A stretch of 53,103 nucleotides of DNA, counting the filler, from Bipalium vagum (taxonomy: Eukaryota): the NCBI GenBank assembly GCA_037834085.1. It is 3 parts of 3 records of this genome, joined end to end, with 100 filler letters (N's around TTAATTAATTAA, not from the genome) between each part and the next. Parts side by side here need not be neighbours in the genome. Positions count along the whole stretch, not along the records: positions 32,882 to 53,103 come from JBBMKC010257583.1; 2 more parts are not named here. One strand, 5' to 3'. The notes beneath the pieces are model-generated. The model had not been told where the DNA came from. It did no database searches and worked only from the letters and a program-made list of their open reading frames with translations. The position numbers and the translations under genes are program-made. Each line of letters begins with the position of its first letter. Positions within the stretch are counted from its first letter, which is position 1. Shown here in pieces: positions 34,101-48,696 of this stretch.

Positions 34101-36081
34101 ACCACGTAATTAATGCAATTTTATTGGTTAAAAATAATTTTTTATTTAATTAGAATTACAATAGTCTAAAGAAAATATTTATATTACTTAGATAAAACCA
34201 ATTGTAAAATTAAAGATATCACTATACATTATAAACACAAATAGTCATTTTATGTGCAATTAAAAGAATGTTACATTTTCAGTTGGATTCTTCCTCATTT
34301 TATAGAATATTTAATTTTCAAAGTTCATTAGAATTTTACAAAATAAAATATTAAAATTGCCTCTATTTTTCAAACTTTATTTTCAGTCTTTATCGTTTAA
34401 TTTATATTAGTTTATTTCTAAGAAGTAAGTCCGTACTGCTCTAATAAAAAATCGAATTAGAAGGCAAATTGGTTAAAATTAAAACAAATTTCAATTACCT
34501 TCGAAAAAAAATTTTAAATTGAAATTAAATATATGTTTACCTTATATTTTAATTGAATCGAAATCTGACGTTTTGGTATTTTATTACCTTTTTATGAAAT
34601 TGCAGCTGATAATTTTTCTTTCTTATTTTTAACCAAAACGATAATAACAAGAAGATTTTTTTTGTCTATTTGCAATAAATGAAATATTTCATTTTTAACA
34701 ATTTTTTTCGATTGTCGTTTTTGAAGATTTACTTCATTTTTTTGAATGTTTCAATGGTGTTTTTATCAGATATTTTCTGCAGAAATTTATAATTTTAACG
34801 AAGTACTTTATAATAGTTATCTTTTTAAATTCTTCTTCGTGGAAAATATTGTTATGCTTTTAGAAATAAATCAAAAAAACTTGCTTGTATATATAAATTT
34901 TTCAGCCTGGTCTATAAATAATAGTGAGACTTTTTATAACATTTATTTGGATTTTGTTCTCTTATCTAATTGAATATTTTAATATAGTTTGTATTTTCAA
35001 AATCTTCTATTTCTCCTCTTTCGCATTAGTATATCACTTAAAAGAAATTCTTGATTTTTTAAAGAAATTTGATTTTTATCACTTCAAAAATCAAGATTTT
35101 AATTTCCTTGTTATTACAGTAAAAACGAAAATAATAAAGTATAACACTAGAAAGTAAATTTAATTTCGTTTTGGAATGTAACTTTTTTCTCATTATTATC
35201 GAAAAATCGATAGGGGAAAATATCTCCTAAAAATTATTTTCTATTCATTGTTATTTTAATGTTTCTCATTTTTAATATTAAAGACCTTTATCATATGAAT
35301 AGAAATAATGAATCAATATATCGTTTATTTCTAATAATATTTTTAGGAAAAGTGTTCCTGCGATCAATGAAATCGTCAACTCAAAATTATTCGGTGTCTC
35401 CATTCATTCAAAGTGGTATAAATCCTCATTCCTGTTTCAGTTTACCGGAAAATGTTGTTATTTCTCAAATATCCAATGATATGCTAATAGGAAATTCCTA
35501 CTTCGACTTATCAGCCACAAGCAATCGAAATTTGACAGGTCTTTTTCAAAAAGTTCCATCTTTAATAAATAATAACGGTGAATACCCAATGCAAAGTCTG
35601 TATTCCCAATTATCACAAATTTAATCATTCCTTTATATTTGTTTATTGCGAATTATGACTGATAATTTGTATATAGAATTTAATTTAGAAAGAATTGAAA
35701 AGTAATTTTTGTTTTCATTATTAAAAATTAGATAGGGCTAGGAAAATATTGTTTTTTCAAAAACTCTAAAAACCCGAACTTCTTCAATATTGAATTTATT
35801 GAAAATTAAATTAATTAATTTTAATTTTTCTGTTTAAAAAATAAAGCTGGTAAATACTTCCTTAATAAATAATATCATTAATGATACGTATATCATAAAG
35901 ACTGAAATATGTGTAAAAATAATTATAGTCAATTAAATAATAAATAGTGCATAGTTTCAGATATAAGAAAAACAAAATATTATGACATTTATTCATTACA
36001 TAATAGTAATAATACTAAATTGGTTCTATTTTCTCTTCATTTTTAATTTTTAGATGATTAACGAATTTTTAAGTTAATATA

Positions 36082-36292
36082 CAGGGTGTTTCATAAGTAA
36101 CTGACTATTTTATTTTTTTAAATTCACAATAAAATAAAATTCACAATTGTCACACGTTCTTTTACTGTGTAATTTTTCATGCTGATATTTTATGATATGT
36201 TGAATATATAAACAAATTATTGATTCCAAGAATTAAAAATTTTATAATAAATCATTCATTTAAAAAATGTCAGTTACTTATGAAACACCCTG
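36082..36292. mobile_element. 211-bp Tc1/mariner-type MITE
   Basis: Perfect 24-bp TIRs CAGGGTGTTTCATAAGTAACTGAC, TA on both sides and a non-coding AT-rich interior. Confidence 0.92.
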
Positions 36293-36986
36293 TATTTGGT
36301 GTAGACGTAAATAATTCTAAATTATTTAAATCGATTTAATGACAATAATATAATTTTGAATTCAAATCAAATCCATTTTATTTAAATAATTATTTAAAGT
36401 ATAAAATATGAAAAATTATCGATTATAATCGCTATTTACTAGAGTAGTTAATCAAAATTTCCTAAGACATTATTAATACAAGTAAAAATAAGTACAACAT
36501 ATCGAGAGAAGTATATAATACAATTAATTAACATTAAAAATTACAGGAAACAGACTGAACGAATACATTTTTATTTATTAAAAGTCTGTTTTGTTGATTG
36601 GGTTTTTTGTTTCAATAAACTTCGAATGTTGAATAAAAGGATAGAAACAAAAAACTTGATGTTTTAGATTCGGCCTCGGTAAAAACATTCACATGTGTAT
36701 GAGCAGCTCTGACCCCTGAGCCACATTCCCCGACTAATTTTCATTTTATATCACAGTCTTGTTTTTCGTCAAATTTTTTTCTTTATCTTGTAAAAGTTTG
36801 ATTCAACATTTTTTAAATAAATCCAATTAATTTTTTATATCAATTTATTTGTAATCCATTTCCAAACGATTTTTCCTATTCACCAATTTTCATCTTGAAA
36901 GCTTTTAAATTAGTTATAGACATTATAAATATAATAAATTATAGTTAAAGTAAGAATTTACATAATACATAAATAAAAAAATCTAT

Positions 36987-38740
36987 TGTTATCAATATGA
37001 AACTTTTAATAACATAAGTGATTGCTCAGGTAGAGAATCTGTCTTCTCTTTCTGAAACACTATTTCCCTTTATAAAAAACTATATCCACCTTCGACTTAT
37101 CTTCTAAAGATTTCATAAATTCACTGACATTATTATTATTCTGACTCTTTCTGGAGGCCCCTATAATTAACCATAAACAGTTGATGTCTTGTGTAAACCC
37201 AACAAACACTCTAGATTTATCAGAATTTGGTCACTCGAATTAAACCAAACTTATAAACAAAGTAAATATCAATTAACCAAAACGATCACACATTTATTAC
37301 TGTTTCATTATAGTCATATGTCCGCATTATATCTTCTCTTCGTTTTTGACTCTCTTTCTCGTTTTCATTTCTCTAGTCCTATTAAATTTCATTCCTCCTA
37401 TTTATCGTGTTTCCCGTCTCCTTTTTACTTCTTTGCTCATATAGGTCTTCAATACACCTGGTGGCTACACGTGCCCATACTCCTTATATAAAGCGTACTT
37501 TTCTGGATATTGCAAAACATCTTCTCCTGTCGATTTTCTTTTTGTTGGTATTCTATTGCACTAGGATATATAGTGATATTATGCCATCCTGTCTTGGAGT
37601 TATTAATTGGAAATTGTCACTAATCTCAATATCCTACAAATCAATTATAAGTCAATTCTAATTACTTCCAAGGCTTTTTTACTTCATATTTTACAACTAT
37701 CTTTTCCTCTGGTAGTATAGACTTAGTTCTAACAAGGCGGTCAATTCATACATTTGCCCCTCTGCCAGATCTGGACTATGTTCACATATTCTGTAATCAA
37801 ATACATACCACGGGGGATTATCATAGCTCAAAAAATCTTCCTCGGCTATCCGATAGACCCGCTCTAATGGAACAATTTTATTCATAAATATTAGTAAGCC
37901 CGCTTAGACGTCAAATATCACTACTACTTAGTTAATGTCCACATTTACCTATTTTCTGCATATGGCTGTTTCCTTTGCCATTCTTCTATGTGATGAGATC
38001 CCACCCTGGGGTATCCACATTCTGGTATCATTAGCGACTCCCCTTTGTACACATATAATATTCCTATACTGTAGGTTGGATTAAACCACGTTATGGGAAC
38101 TCGGCTATTTGATATCTATGAAAACTACGATCATGGGAACCCAAAAACACAAGTTTCAACTGTGATATGTCCGTTTCATTAGTGTCCTCTTTAAGCCTGA
38201 CGAATATATTGTCATTTACGCTATATGGTATTCGACATGTATTAGCTAACTAATGGCCATATTCAAACTGTTGTTTCTGGTCCCGCAATATCGATTGATA
38301 CCATCCCCATTGGTCCTAATGGTGCTCTGATGAGTTTGATCGGTACTTTTGTTCTTGCTCCTGTTCCGAGTTTGACAAATTTTACATGACTGGCACTAGT
38401 TTCAATTTTTTAGTTCTACTTTACTCCAGGAGTATTTTCTAGAGATCCTTGATTACGTCTTCCTTGGTGACAAATGCCGCCCAAGGTCACCGTTGTGATT
38501 TCTTCATTCCTGGTCTTTCATGAAATATAGAATTCCTTTTTTATTTTGAATTTATCTTTAAATTTTTCTGAGCTCCTTTCCCATTCTTCTATATCTTATC
38601 CAGCCATGAGATCTATTTAATTAATGAGATATCTTCAACTTCTGGCTGATTCTTTTCCCTTTATTCTATTTCTTTCATTCGTCGACTTACGACAAGCAGT
38701 TTTCATTTTCTTCTCCGAATGTACTTCCTCGCTTGACACC
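36987..38740 (-). mobile_element. Ty3/Gypsy LTR-retrotransposon relic (integrase N-terminus plus a downstream ORF)
   Basis: ~38580-38270 reads ILYF...HNGDLGRHLSPRKT.SRISRKYSW...VPIKLIRAPLGPMGMVSIDIAGP (decayed HHCC region and first Asp). Boundaries uncertain. Confidence 0.7.
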
Positions 38741-38779
38741 TAATCTTATTTTATTCTAAATTTACAAGAAGAACGGGCC

Positions 38780-39460
38780 ATGAATCATGAAAGTACATTC
38801 CATAATTAAATAATGCGTTAATCAGCTAATTTTTCAATTTGGTCAAAGTATCAATCTTTAATTTCGAAAAAAATCACAAGACACCATCTCGACTTTCTCA
38901 ATATTTTTGAAGTACTTCCCCCGTACGAAATTCTTTTTGCCCGGAACAAACCATAATCTCATGTGGCACAGTTATGGCGGTAAGATGGATGTCACAAAAC
39001 CACCACTGCTTAGATATCTTTGTATTTTTTCTGCGTCAATTTTGCTCAATGAACTGGTGCATTTTTCTGTTATATCAATACACTCTTTCTATTAACCAAA
39101 TTGAAGTAACGACTGTGAAATTTCTTATTAATACGATCGAGTTACTCACAGTAGATCTAGACATCAACTGACCTAATCATTTGAAGAGGTCAAAATGAAT
39201 AACTCCTTCTAAATTTCTTTTTTTTACTTAATGGTTCATGTTTGAAGATTGAATTGTTTGTTTTATGGTAAACTCCGTTTTATGTAAATATGGTTTTCAA
39301 AAAAATTCAATTTTTATCAGACTTCTCATCTATCCTTATATATCAGCGATGCAAATTATCATTTTGCAGTTGAGTGAGGGTATGCATCATCACTATCATA
39401 TAAACATATTTCATGGACTGTCTGATTTCCGTTGAATCCCTTCTTATAGAGAAAAAGAAA
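38780..39460 (-). mobile_element. mariner relic
   Basis: Minus strand has NAPVH and HPSY...DYGLFR (HPPYSPDLAPSDY-like). Confidence 0.6.
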
Positions 39461-39840
39461 AACATGGCAAATATAGATTTTTTAATAAGCAAATATTTAA
39501 TAATAAAATCATTAATTAATATAGATAGGTAAAGTATAAAATAATCTTTAAGCTAATATATTTTTATACCTAATTTATTGTTCTCACTTAGTGTATAGAA
39601 ATCATATAAATTCTGAGTAAAAAACATACATCATCAATATTATATAAAACTGATAATATTTTTAAAAAAATTTCCATCTATTTTATGATTAAGATTTATA
39701 ACGTATTACTGTTATTAACGTATTTAATTAAAATATTAGTAAATTGAGATACATTTGTTTACATGTATTAATTTAAGTATTATTAAATCTGTAAGTATAT
39801 TTTTGAAATTTAATTTTGAAAAAGCGGAATAAAATTAAAA

Positions 39841-42800
39841 ATGTTTACATGTGGTAACAATTTTATTTTTATTTTCACTAACACGAAATATTTAGATTTA
39901 CTTCAAACATATGCTTCATTACCGAAAACTGAAAGAGGTCAATTTATTGTTATAGGTGGTGATCCTAAAAATAAAACCTTCCTTTATACTAATGGAAATA
40001 GTGTTATAATAAGAGATGTTGAGGTACCTTAACCTAAACATTAAATTCTATATGAAAAACTTTAAATTTAGAATCCTACGGCGAGTGATATTTATACACA
40101 ACATAGTAGTAGAGCAACAGTTGCAAAATATTCTCCTTCTGGATTTTATATTGCTTCTGGAGGTTATATAATTTAAATTGATGATCAGATTAATAAAATT
40201 ACTTCAGATATTAATGGTAAAATTAGAATTTGGGATACTGTTAACAAGGAACATGTATTAAAATGTGAATATCAACCAATATCTGGTAAAATCTGTGACA
40301 TTTCTTGGTCATCAGACAGCACAAAGTTAGCGATTGGAGGTCAAGGACGAGAAAAGTTAGTGAATCACTTTGTTTACATTTATTTTAATATTGTTAAAGG
40401 TTTGGAGCAGTAATTAATGTTGACACAGGTACAAATGTTGGTGAAGTAATTGGAATGTCCAAAAGTATTAATAATTTGGATTTGAAACCAAATAGACCGT
40501 TCAAATTGGCCACTAGCTCCGAAGACGGGGTTGTTGCCTTTTTAGAGGGTCCGCCTTTTAAATTTAAGACAAATCATCAAGTTTGTCATCTAATTCATTC
40601 TTCAATATCTTATGAATTGGTTTTCAGTGCCATACAAATTTTGCTAATTGTCTTCGATATTCTCCTAGTGGCGAAATATTTGTCTCAGCTGGGGCTGATG
40701 CTAAGGTTTCTCTTTAATTCAAATATGCTAGGAATATTTTATGTATTTCTCCAGATATTTGTATTTGATGGAAAAACGGGTGAAAAATTAGGAGAATTAG
40801 GAAACCCTGCTCATAAGGGCGGAATCTACTCCGTGAGTTAAATTTGATTTCAGTTATTTTTATCAAAGATAAACTATTAAAAGCTTTTTTGTCCGAATAA
40901 TTTAAGTTATTTTTTACTTGAATATTAATATTATTAAAAATTTAAGAAATCCATAATGTATTGTGTGTGTGTGTAATTTATCATCAGTCTTAATGACATA
41001 ACAGATGCTTATGTAAATAGAAAATCAAAATATAATTAAAGATGTAATGTGTATCACATCAGAAAAAGAAAGTTTAGAAAACAAGTTTGAATTAATGAAA
41101 ATTAATAAAATTTCATCGACATTAATTCCAGTCAATGACAAAACATTTATTTCAAATAATTGTTATTTTACAGATAAACTAACAAAAATGGATTTTTGAT
41201 AATGACAAAACCATTTAAAGTTATTTTTTAGTAAAAGCAACAAAGGTCATGGCATTTACGACAGTTCTATTGTTCACTTTTGCCAGTTAAATTGATAAAA
41301 ATAATCTTTTATTTGTGTAGAAGTATTAATAAAAAAATTTAAATTCCGACCGGTAATTTTTTTCTATTTGGTTATTTTTTTAATAATCAAAATAAAATAT
41401 TTTATTATTGAAATCTTTATTGATTTTATAAAAAAATATAATATTTGACTATTTTTTTAAATTCAATCGAGTATGGGTTTTGGTTTTCAAGTTCTTCTAA
41501 TAAAAATGTTTGTCTTGAGTCTTTATATCTTTTATCAATTAAGTTTTTTCACAAAATTCATCTTCAAAACTTTGCAAGTATTTCAAATATTTTTAAAATA
41601 TCTATTTCCTTTTAACAAGTTTCTGATATTTATTCTGGAAATATCACTGATAAATTAATATTTTTAAAAATTTTTGAATTATTTCGTCGAGTTTTAATAA
41701 ATTAAATTGCTTTTTTGACAAGTTTCCTAAGCTTTATTTCATTTTTAGAAATCATTTATCATATTTTTGTTGTTTATAAATGACCTTGTCATGGGAACAA
41801 GCTTATTAAGTGTTGTCATGTCACGTGCAACAGACTGAGGAATGAAACAAAATGTTCGAAAAATTTCCAGAAATACAGACTGTCTCTTGTATGCCTGTAT
41901 TCAGAATTTTGACTAAATTAGCGATTTCAGTCTAACTAATTGCAAATTCATTTTTAATAGTCATATATACCTTAACAATCAAAACATGCAAATTTCATCT
42001 TCAAAAACTATGGTAATAACATATCTTGTATATACCAGTGACATAAAATGTTTGAATGTTATATTGCTTTTAGAAATGCCTCTTTCATTTAAATTGAACA
42101 TTGTCAACAATCTTTTAGCGCTTTTAACTTATTTTTATTTATATTTTAAGTGTGTTTAATTAATTGTCTTTTTCAAGCGAGTCGTACTGTATTTAATTTT
42201 CATTGTTTTGTCGTTTATTAAATAATTCTAATCTAATCAGGCGTAGCTTCTTTTCTCTGAATCTCAGTTTTTACCAAACATATTTGTGCATCTAATATTG
42301 ATTTTTTCCTTTTGTTTTGCTATTTATATGCTTTCATACTTTTTTTAGATAAAATATTTTCATGATAAAAATGAATCTATTTCGAATCTTTATTTTATTA
42401 AAGTAATAAAGAACCAATCAAATCGAAGATTTTCTTTTTATCTTTTTATACAACAAATATCATAAATTCATATTTGCATTCAATTTTTATTAAAATAAGA
42501 TACAATTTTTATTGATTACATTGTATAAAAAAATGTTATTTTAAAGATACAATGTATTAGGTCATCCGTAAAGTCCTGTGAAATTTTTAATGAATTCTTT
42601 TAAAGTTAATACTGTTAAAATAAATGAATAAAAGAAAAAGTGTAGCGGTTGAAAAAAATGGCATAATATTTGTTTTATAAAATATTATTTCCTATCTTGT
42701 TAAGATTTAGAAATTATTCTGTCGGCATTTTTATTTTAAGTAGGATAAAATTGTTTAAATTATCACCACTAGGATTTATGGTGTCTACGCATAAGAAATT

Positions 42801-45800
42801 GTGCCAACAGAAACGGTTCGAAGATAGTTTCTAAAGTTCAAAGGCCAGAATTTTAATCTCAAGGATAATGTTCAATCTTAACACCCATATCGTTTTGATG
42901 ATGATATTTTGCAAAACACCGTTTATTTTTAAATTTTTTATATATTTATGAGGTATATTGAGGTATAGTAAATTCATTTAAACTTACCTTTTAATATATG
43001 CTAAGTTTATTAATAAAATAGAAAAATCTTGTATGAATCAACCGTCATTATCATCTTGACCACTTATTCCTGTTCCTCTTCAAATCATTAACTAGTAGGA
43101 AAATTGATTCATTGGAGGCTGTCAAGAAGCGCTTGGATGATTTCTTCTCCAATAAGCCTATGGATGTCTATCAAAGAGATTTTTCAACTATCAGGCAAAT
43201 GGAGAAGTTTTTTGAAAATATTTGTTAAGTAAAAGTGTTGAAAACTTTTGGATTTTTTCTTTGATTTTCTTTGACAAAATCATAGTAGTTTTTGGATCAC
43301 CTAATAAAATATTTTTCTAAAAAAATATTGTTTTTATATAATTAATTTATTATAATTAAGCTTATCTGTACTGAGAAATTATTATAATTGATTGTATGAA
43401 ACGAATCATGACTTCGTGTTTTAAAGATCTCGTCATTTTTGTAAATTCCAGATCGCCTTCGATAATGATGGCACACATATGATTTCAGTGAGTGGAGATA
43501 AAACTATTAAAGTTTGGCAGATGATTGAACCGCGAAATCTTGTGGCTGAATATTCATTTGGATCATCTGTGGAAGATATTCAAGTATGGAATTAAAAATG
43601 TTATGGTAGTAAACTGATAATTTTTGGTTTCTTAGGTTGGGTGTGCTTGGGTTGGGGATAAGATTTTATCTGTTTCTTTGAGTGGCGAGATTTCTATCTT
43701 CAATTCTTGTGATTTAATCAAAGGTGAAAAGCCTTTTCATACTGTATTGGGTCATCAAAGACCACTTACTGGACTGGCCTATGCTCATTCTCAGGGTAAA
43801 TTGGTTTCCAGTGATTCTGAAGGGAAAATTATATTATGGGATCCTACAACTGGAAAAGCGGAAAATACCTGTAAAAACATCCACTCTAATCAAATTCAGA
43901 GCATTGCTGTCTTTCAAAATAATATTATTAGTGTTGGAGTTGACGATAGATTAGTGATAACTGATATCGTTTCAAAATCAATTAAGTTAGTGATAATTTT
44001 TTTAAAATATTGTGGTTTTTCTTATTTTTGAGATCTAACAAAATTCGATTCACATTAAACATATTTTAATTAAGCTTTTATCTTAAATATTTTCTATATA
44101 TATCACCTGTTTAGACTTATTTTTTAATTGAGAGGTTTTACTTGTAAAATTGTTTTATCTATTAAAGAAAACCCTTTATATAATTTATTTTTTCATTGTA
44201 ACATGTTTTACTAAAGCCATTTAAGCCACTTTGTTTTTCTGTTTTTGTGAAGATTATTTGAAAATGACACTCGTCTTTCACTTATAATTGATGATGATTG
44301 ACTGTAATTATCAGTATGAGATTTTCTTAAAACTTTAAAAGGTTCAGCTTATATAACAAATCTTAATCGTATTGATTTTTTATTTTCGTTACTATCTATT
44401 TTTACAAATAAGCTTTATAGAATTTTTTTGCTTCAGAGAGGAGATAAAATTGACTTCCCAGCCTAGAAAGGTTTGCGTTGTCGATTCCTTAATCGCAATC
44501 GCATGTTACAAGGAACTTATGTTGGCCAATAATACTGAACCATTAACACTGCTACCTGTGTCTTATGAACCATCATGCTTGGCTCTCAGTCCAAAAAAAT
44601 CGATTTTGGTTGCTGGTGGAGAGGTAACAATGTGATTCACGATCAGTGCATCTGTGTTTACATTTTTTTTCATAGGAGCATAAAGTTTTCGTTTACAAAA
44701 TTGAAAGCGATCACCGTTCAATGAAACTGATTTCTGAAATTTCCTTACAAAACACACCACGTGACCTTGTGTTTTCTAACGATGGTTCATTTCTCGTTTG
44801 TGGAGATTCCGACAGAAAAGTTTCTCTGTTTAAAGTAAAACTGTTATTTATTATTGATCAAATTAAAATTTTGTTTTAGGTTGGTAATTTTGAGTCCGGT
44901 GACTCAGATTCTATTTTGACACAATATCACAACGAACATTGGAAATATCACACAGGAAGAGTCAGTTGTGTAGCTATTAGTCCTGACTCGACTCTGGTGG
45001 CTTCTGGATCTCTGGATTGTTCCATTATAGTCTGGAGCATCCAACAGCCGTCTAAGAAATTTGTAATTAAAAGTAATTTTATTTGTTCATTATCCTTAAA
45101 ATAGTGATTTTTTTTCTTTCAATATTTTTGTAAATCATTTTTTTCGTTGAAAACTCTACAAATTCGTATTGATCTAAGTGAATTAGAGAATTAACCTTGT
45201 CGTGTGGTGTCACAATAAAAATTTTATAAGTAAAAAAATAGATTAAAGTGTGTGCTTCGTTGTTTGATTTCAAGAATAATTTCAAAAAGTACTGTTTGGT
45301 TCTTTTTTATTCAACAAATTGATTGGATATTTCGCAATTCTGTGAGGGAAAGTATGTTTACATTTGGTTACATTAATTATGTATCAATGAGTTTCAATCT
45401 TTGCTGCTTTTGAAAAATCAATGGAAAACTTATAAAATGGGAATCACTATTTAATGGATATTGGTTTTTATTTTTTTTTATATATCTAAAGTAGATTTTC
45501 TTCAGCTCTTCAGTATTGTGTACTTGAAATTTTTTGTTAATGAGTTTGTTTGTTTCTTAATTTCTCCTATATCAATATTAGAGATTTTTTTAAATCAGAC
45601 AAATAATATTGATTATCAATAAAATTATTGATCGTGAATTTCCAAAATAAATTATATATATTTAATATATATAATATATTTCTAAATTTACTCATTTCAG
45701 ATGCCCATCCAATGAGTCACATCACGGGCTTGGCTTGGACAGATTATCAAACTCTTTACTCGGCTGGTCAAGATGCCAATATAAAAAAGTGGAAGATCCA

Positions 45801-45810
45801 GTTCACATAA
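39841..45810 (+). CDS. WDR1: WD repeat-containing protein 1 / actin-interacting protein 1, 615 aa
   Basis: Exons 39841-39853, 39896-40023, 40072-40162, 40208-40355, 40400-40580, 40628-40705, 40755-40832, 43452-43583, 43636-43985, 44437-44623, 44676-44834, 44880-45072, 45701-45810 splice in phase (1848 nt). Motifs [49 protein letters not shown]. Confidence 0.95.
42557..43304 (+). mobile_element. Internally deleted mariner in WDR1 intron 7
   Basis: TIRs TTAGGTCATCC / GGATCACCTAA with TA flanks. Traces of N-terminal HTH and DYHLF-like segments. Confidence 0.75.
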
Positions 45811-46225
45811 GCTGATTCAATCAATAATTTTTTGTTTATTTTAATAGCGAAATTTCTAGACAATTTTCAAAATTTGTATTGTGCTTTGTTAAATTATTGA
45901 TTTGCTAAATTATTTTGACAATTAAAATCAATTATTTATTAAAACAGTGTTCTGTTGAATATATATATTTCGAAATTCGAAATTTATTAAAAACACTAAA
46001 ATCGTCAATCTAAAATATGAAATAATGTTGTAATACATATCTGAAATTTATTTCCATTCAAAAGAAAAATAGGCACTTGAGATTTCTAAAGCGAACATTA
46101 TATAACTGAAGCCACCTTCTTTACCAAAAGCGAAAGCATTACGTAGTGGATTTTATTGTCAATGAATGTAGGGAGATAAGGTTTTTTATGCCAAGTTGAT
46201 GAAGATAGTTAAATGAGAAGCAGTT

Positions 46226-48696
46226 TTATTCTGTAACTGGTAGCAATGCATTGTTGAGCCTGCCTCCTATTATTTGATTGGGAATCAATTGCACAATTCC
46301 ATTGTAAAAGAAATAATCTATAATTCTGTAAAATACTTTTGGTAAGTAAATATTTCTTGGCATGTAAATTGACCAAATCGGAGCAATTAGTGCTGTTGTG
46401 GTGAATAAACCATATACAACGAATGGATTCCTCATAAAACTGTAATACGATGGGTTGATCAAATTGGTAGAATTATGATAAGATTTTGTTAAGGATTCTA
46501 AAAATAAATATTTTAGGTTATATGTTTTGATTTGTCTCTTTAATTGGATAAGTAAATATTTGTTTCATGGTTGTGAAAATAAATAAACAATGTGGATTTC
46601 AAAAATATATTTATTTAAAGTTAGCAGTACAAGAATTGGTCCACACTTAATATACTTCAATTAAACAAAGGAGTAAAAAGAATTTTATCAGTTTAAAATT
46701 TGAACATCAAATATATTTCAATGATCTAAGATTTTCTTCTATAGTGTATGATTCATTTCACTTAATTTATTCAACTTTAAAAGTAATGTAATATATGTTT
46801 GATTTTTATAAAAGAATATTTTGTTTATAAAACATTTAGAGTATATAGAGCATATATTAATTATTATTGTTTTGAAAATATTTTAAAATTAACTAAATCA
46901 TTGTTTATGTGACTCAGAATCTTATGGTTGGATTTGCAAGCAATAAACAACGTCCTAGGTAAAACACTTAAATCGATTAAAACAAAACAACAGTTAAATA
47001 ATTCAATGTTTTCTTAACAATACGAATTAACAATGTCTTGATATACATTATATATTCACATTCGCAAGATTTTTTTACAAAAAATATTCCAAAAATAGCT
47101 TATTTAAAACATTTTTGTAATATAAAAATTTTTGGTTAGTGTCAGTTTTAGATAAAATAACTTTTATGAGTAAAAAATGAGTATGCAAAAATCTTTAGCA
47201 CCAAAAATAAAAAACTTTCAAATCAAAGATGAAAAATCCAAACAAATCACGACAATGAAATATGTAATAATTTCCTGTAAAAATTAAAAATTGAAATAAA
47301 ATGGAGGGAGATGTGTGATATATTGAAAGAACAACCTTCTAAATTAATCAATATAACATTTTGTTGATTTCGGTAAATTATTTTTTTTATACAATCAATT
47401 ATAATCTTTTTAATAGCTTCATTTTTGAAAATGGACAAATATGAATTAATATATTAACGAAATATTATTTTATGAAAAGGAAAAACACTACGGAAATCAA
47501 AGCAAGTTTGGATAAGCATTATTGGCAATCAGTACCATCGTATTTCACTATTAAGAATTGGTATTCAGATTTCAAAAGAGGTCGCACATGTACTAAAGAT
47601 GAATGTAGTGTTGGTCGTCCAATTGAGGGAACAACTGGCCAAAATACCAGGCTAATAGACAAAATGATAACGGTAGATCGAAAAGTGAAGATTTGACGGA
47701 TTGCTGAGGTTATGGGTATTTCAAAAGACATGCATGAAAAATTACAAACGAAAAAGGTGATTGCACAATGGGTGCCGAGTTCACTAACCATTGATCAAAA
47801 GGAGCAATATGTTAATGAATTTTAGAAAATTTGTCACTTTCAAAAAAATCAAAACAACTTTTAGAATCGATACATCACCTGCGATGTAACATGAATTCAT
47901 TATATCACTCCAGAGTCTACTCAACAATCGAAATAGTGAATTTCACCTGGAGAAAGTGCACAAAAGAAACCAAAAACGCAAAAACATGTTGGTAAGATTA
48001 TGGCTATAATGTTCTGGGATGCTAAGTGTATTTACTTATAGACTACTGGTGAAAAATCACTTATATATAACATATTCGATTATATTGACAAAATCCATGC
48101 AAAACTGAAGAAACAGTATCCAGCATTTTGTAACTGACACTATCATATTTTGTTGCAAAATAACAAGATATAATGTCAAAAAAATATTCAAAAGTATTAA
48201 TTCGAAATTGTTCAAACTGATTTCCACTTATTTATTGATTCATATTTCATATAAAAATATTTTATTTATCAGCACGATATGAAAACATTATTTTGGGTAA
48301 CTCTTTAAAACTAAAACAAAATACTTCTTTAAATCAGGAATTCATGTACTGCCATAGGCTGACAAAAGTGTCTTGAAGCTGATGGAGCTTATTTTGAAAG
48401 AGATATTATTATTTTTCTCACTTAAATATTTAAACTAAAAATTATTTTTTAAAAAACGAAAATTTATGTGCACCAAGCAAACATAATTAGATTTATGTAG
48501 TTAAAAGCATCTATATAACTTAAAATTAACAATTAAACATATCAATCATTTTAAGTTTCATAAATAACAAAATTAAAGTCAAATAAAGAATATAATGATT
48601 TACACAATTAATTAATTGAGAAGCTAGCGGTATTAACATAAGGAAACAAGCAAATATACAACCTTCAATTTTGACAGTAATACCTTCCAGGATTTG
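46226..48696 (-). CDS. 3' exons of an unidentified gene convergent with WDR1
   Basis: Terminal exon 46497-46226 follows a TTTTTAG acceptor. Candidate upstream exon 48696-48663 joins in phase (QILEGITVKIE/ESLTKSYH...). Confidence 0.35.
47430..48405 (+). mobile_element. mariner transposase pseudogene (irritans/Himar-like)
   Basis: NWYSDFKRGRT..D...GRP, AQWVPSSLT, YITCDVT*IHY, GKIMAIMFWDA, KCLEADGAYFE. TIRs not resolved. Confidence 0.85.

Noticed and set aside
41790-41910. Cys-rich stretch resembling a piggyBac C-terminal domain
   Set aside because: Too decayed; no catalytic motifs or TTAA-bounded TIRs could be confirmed.
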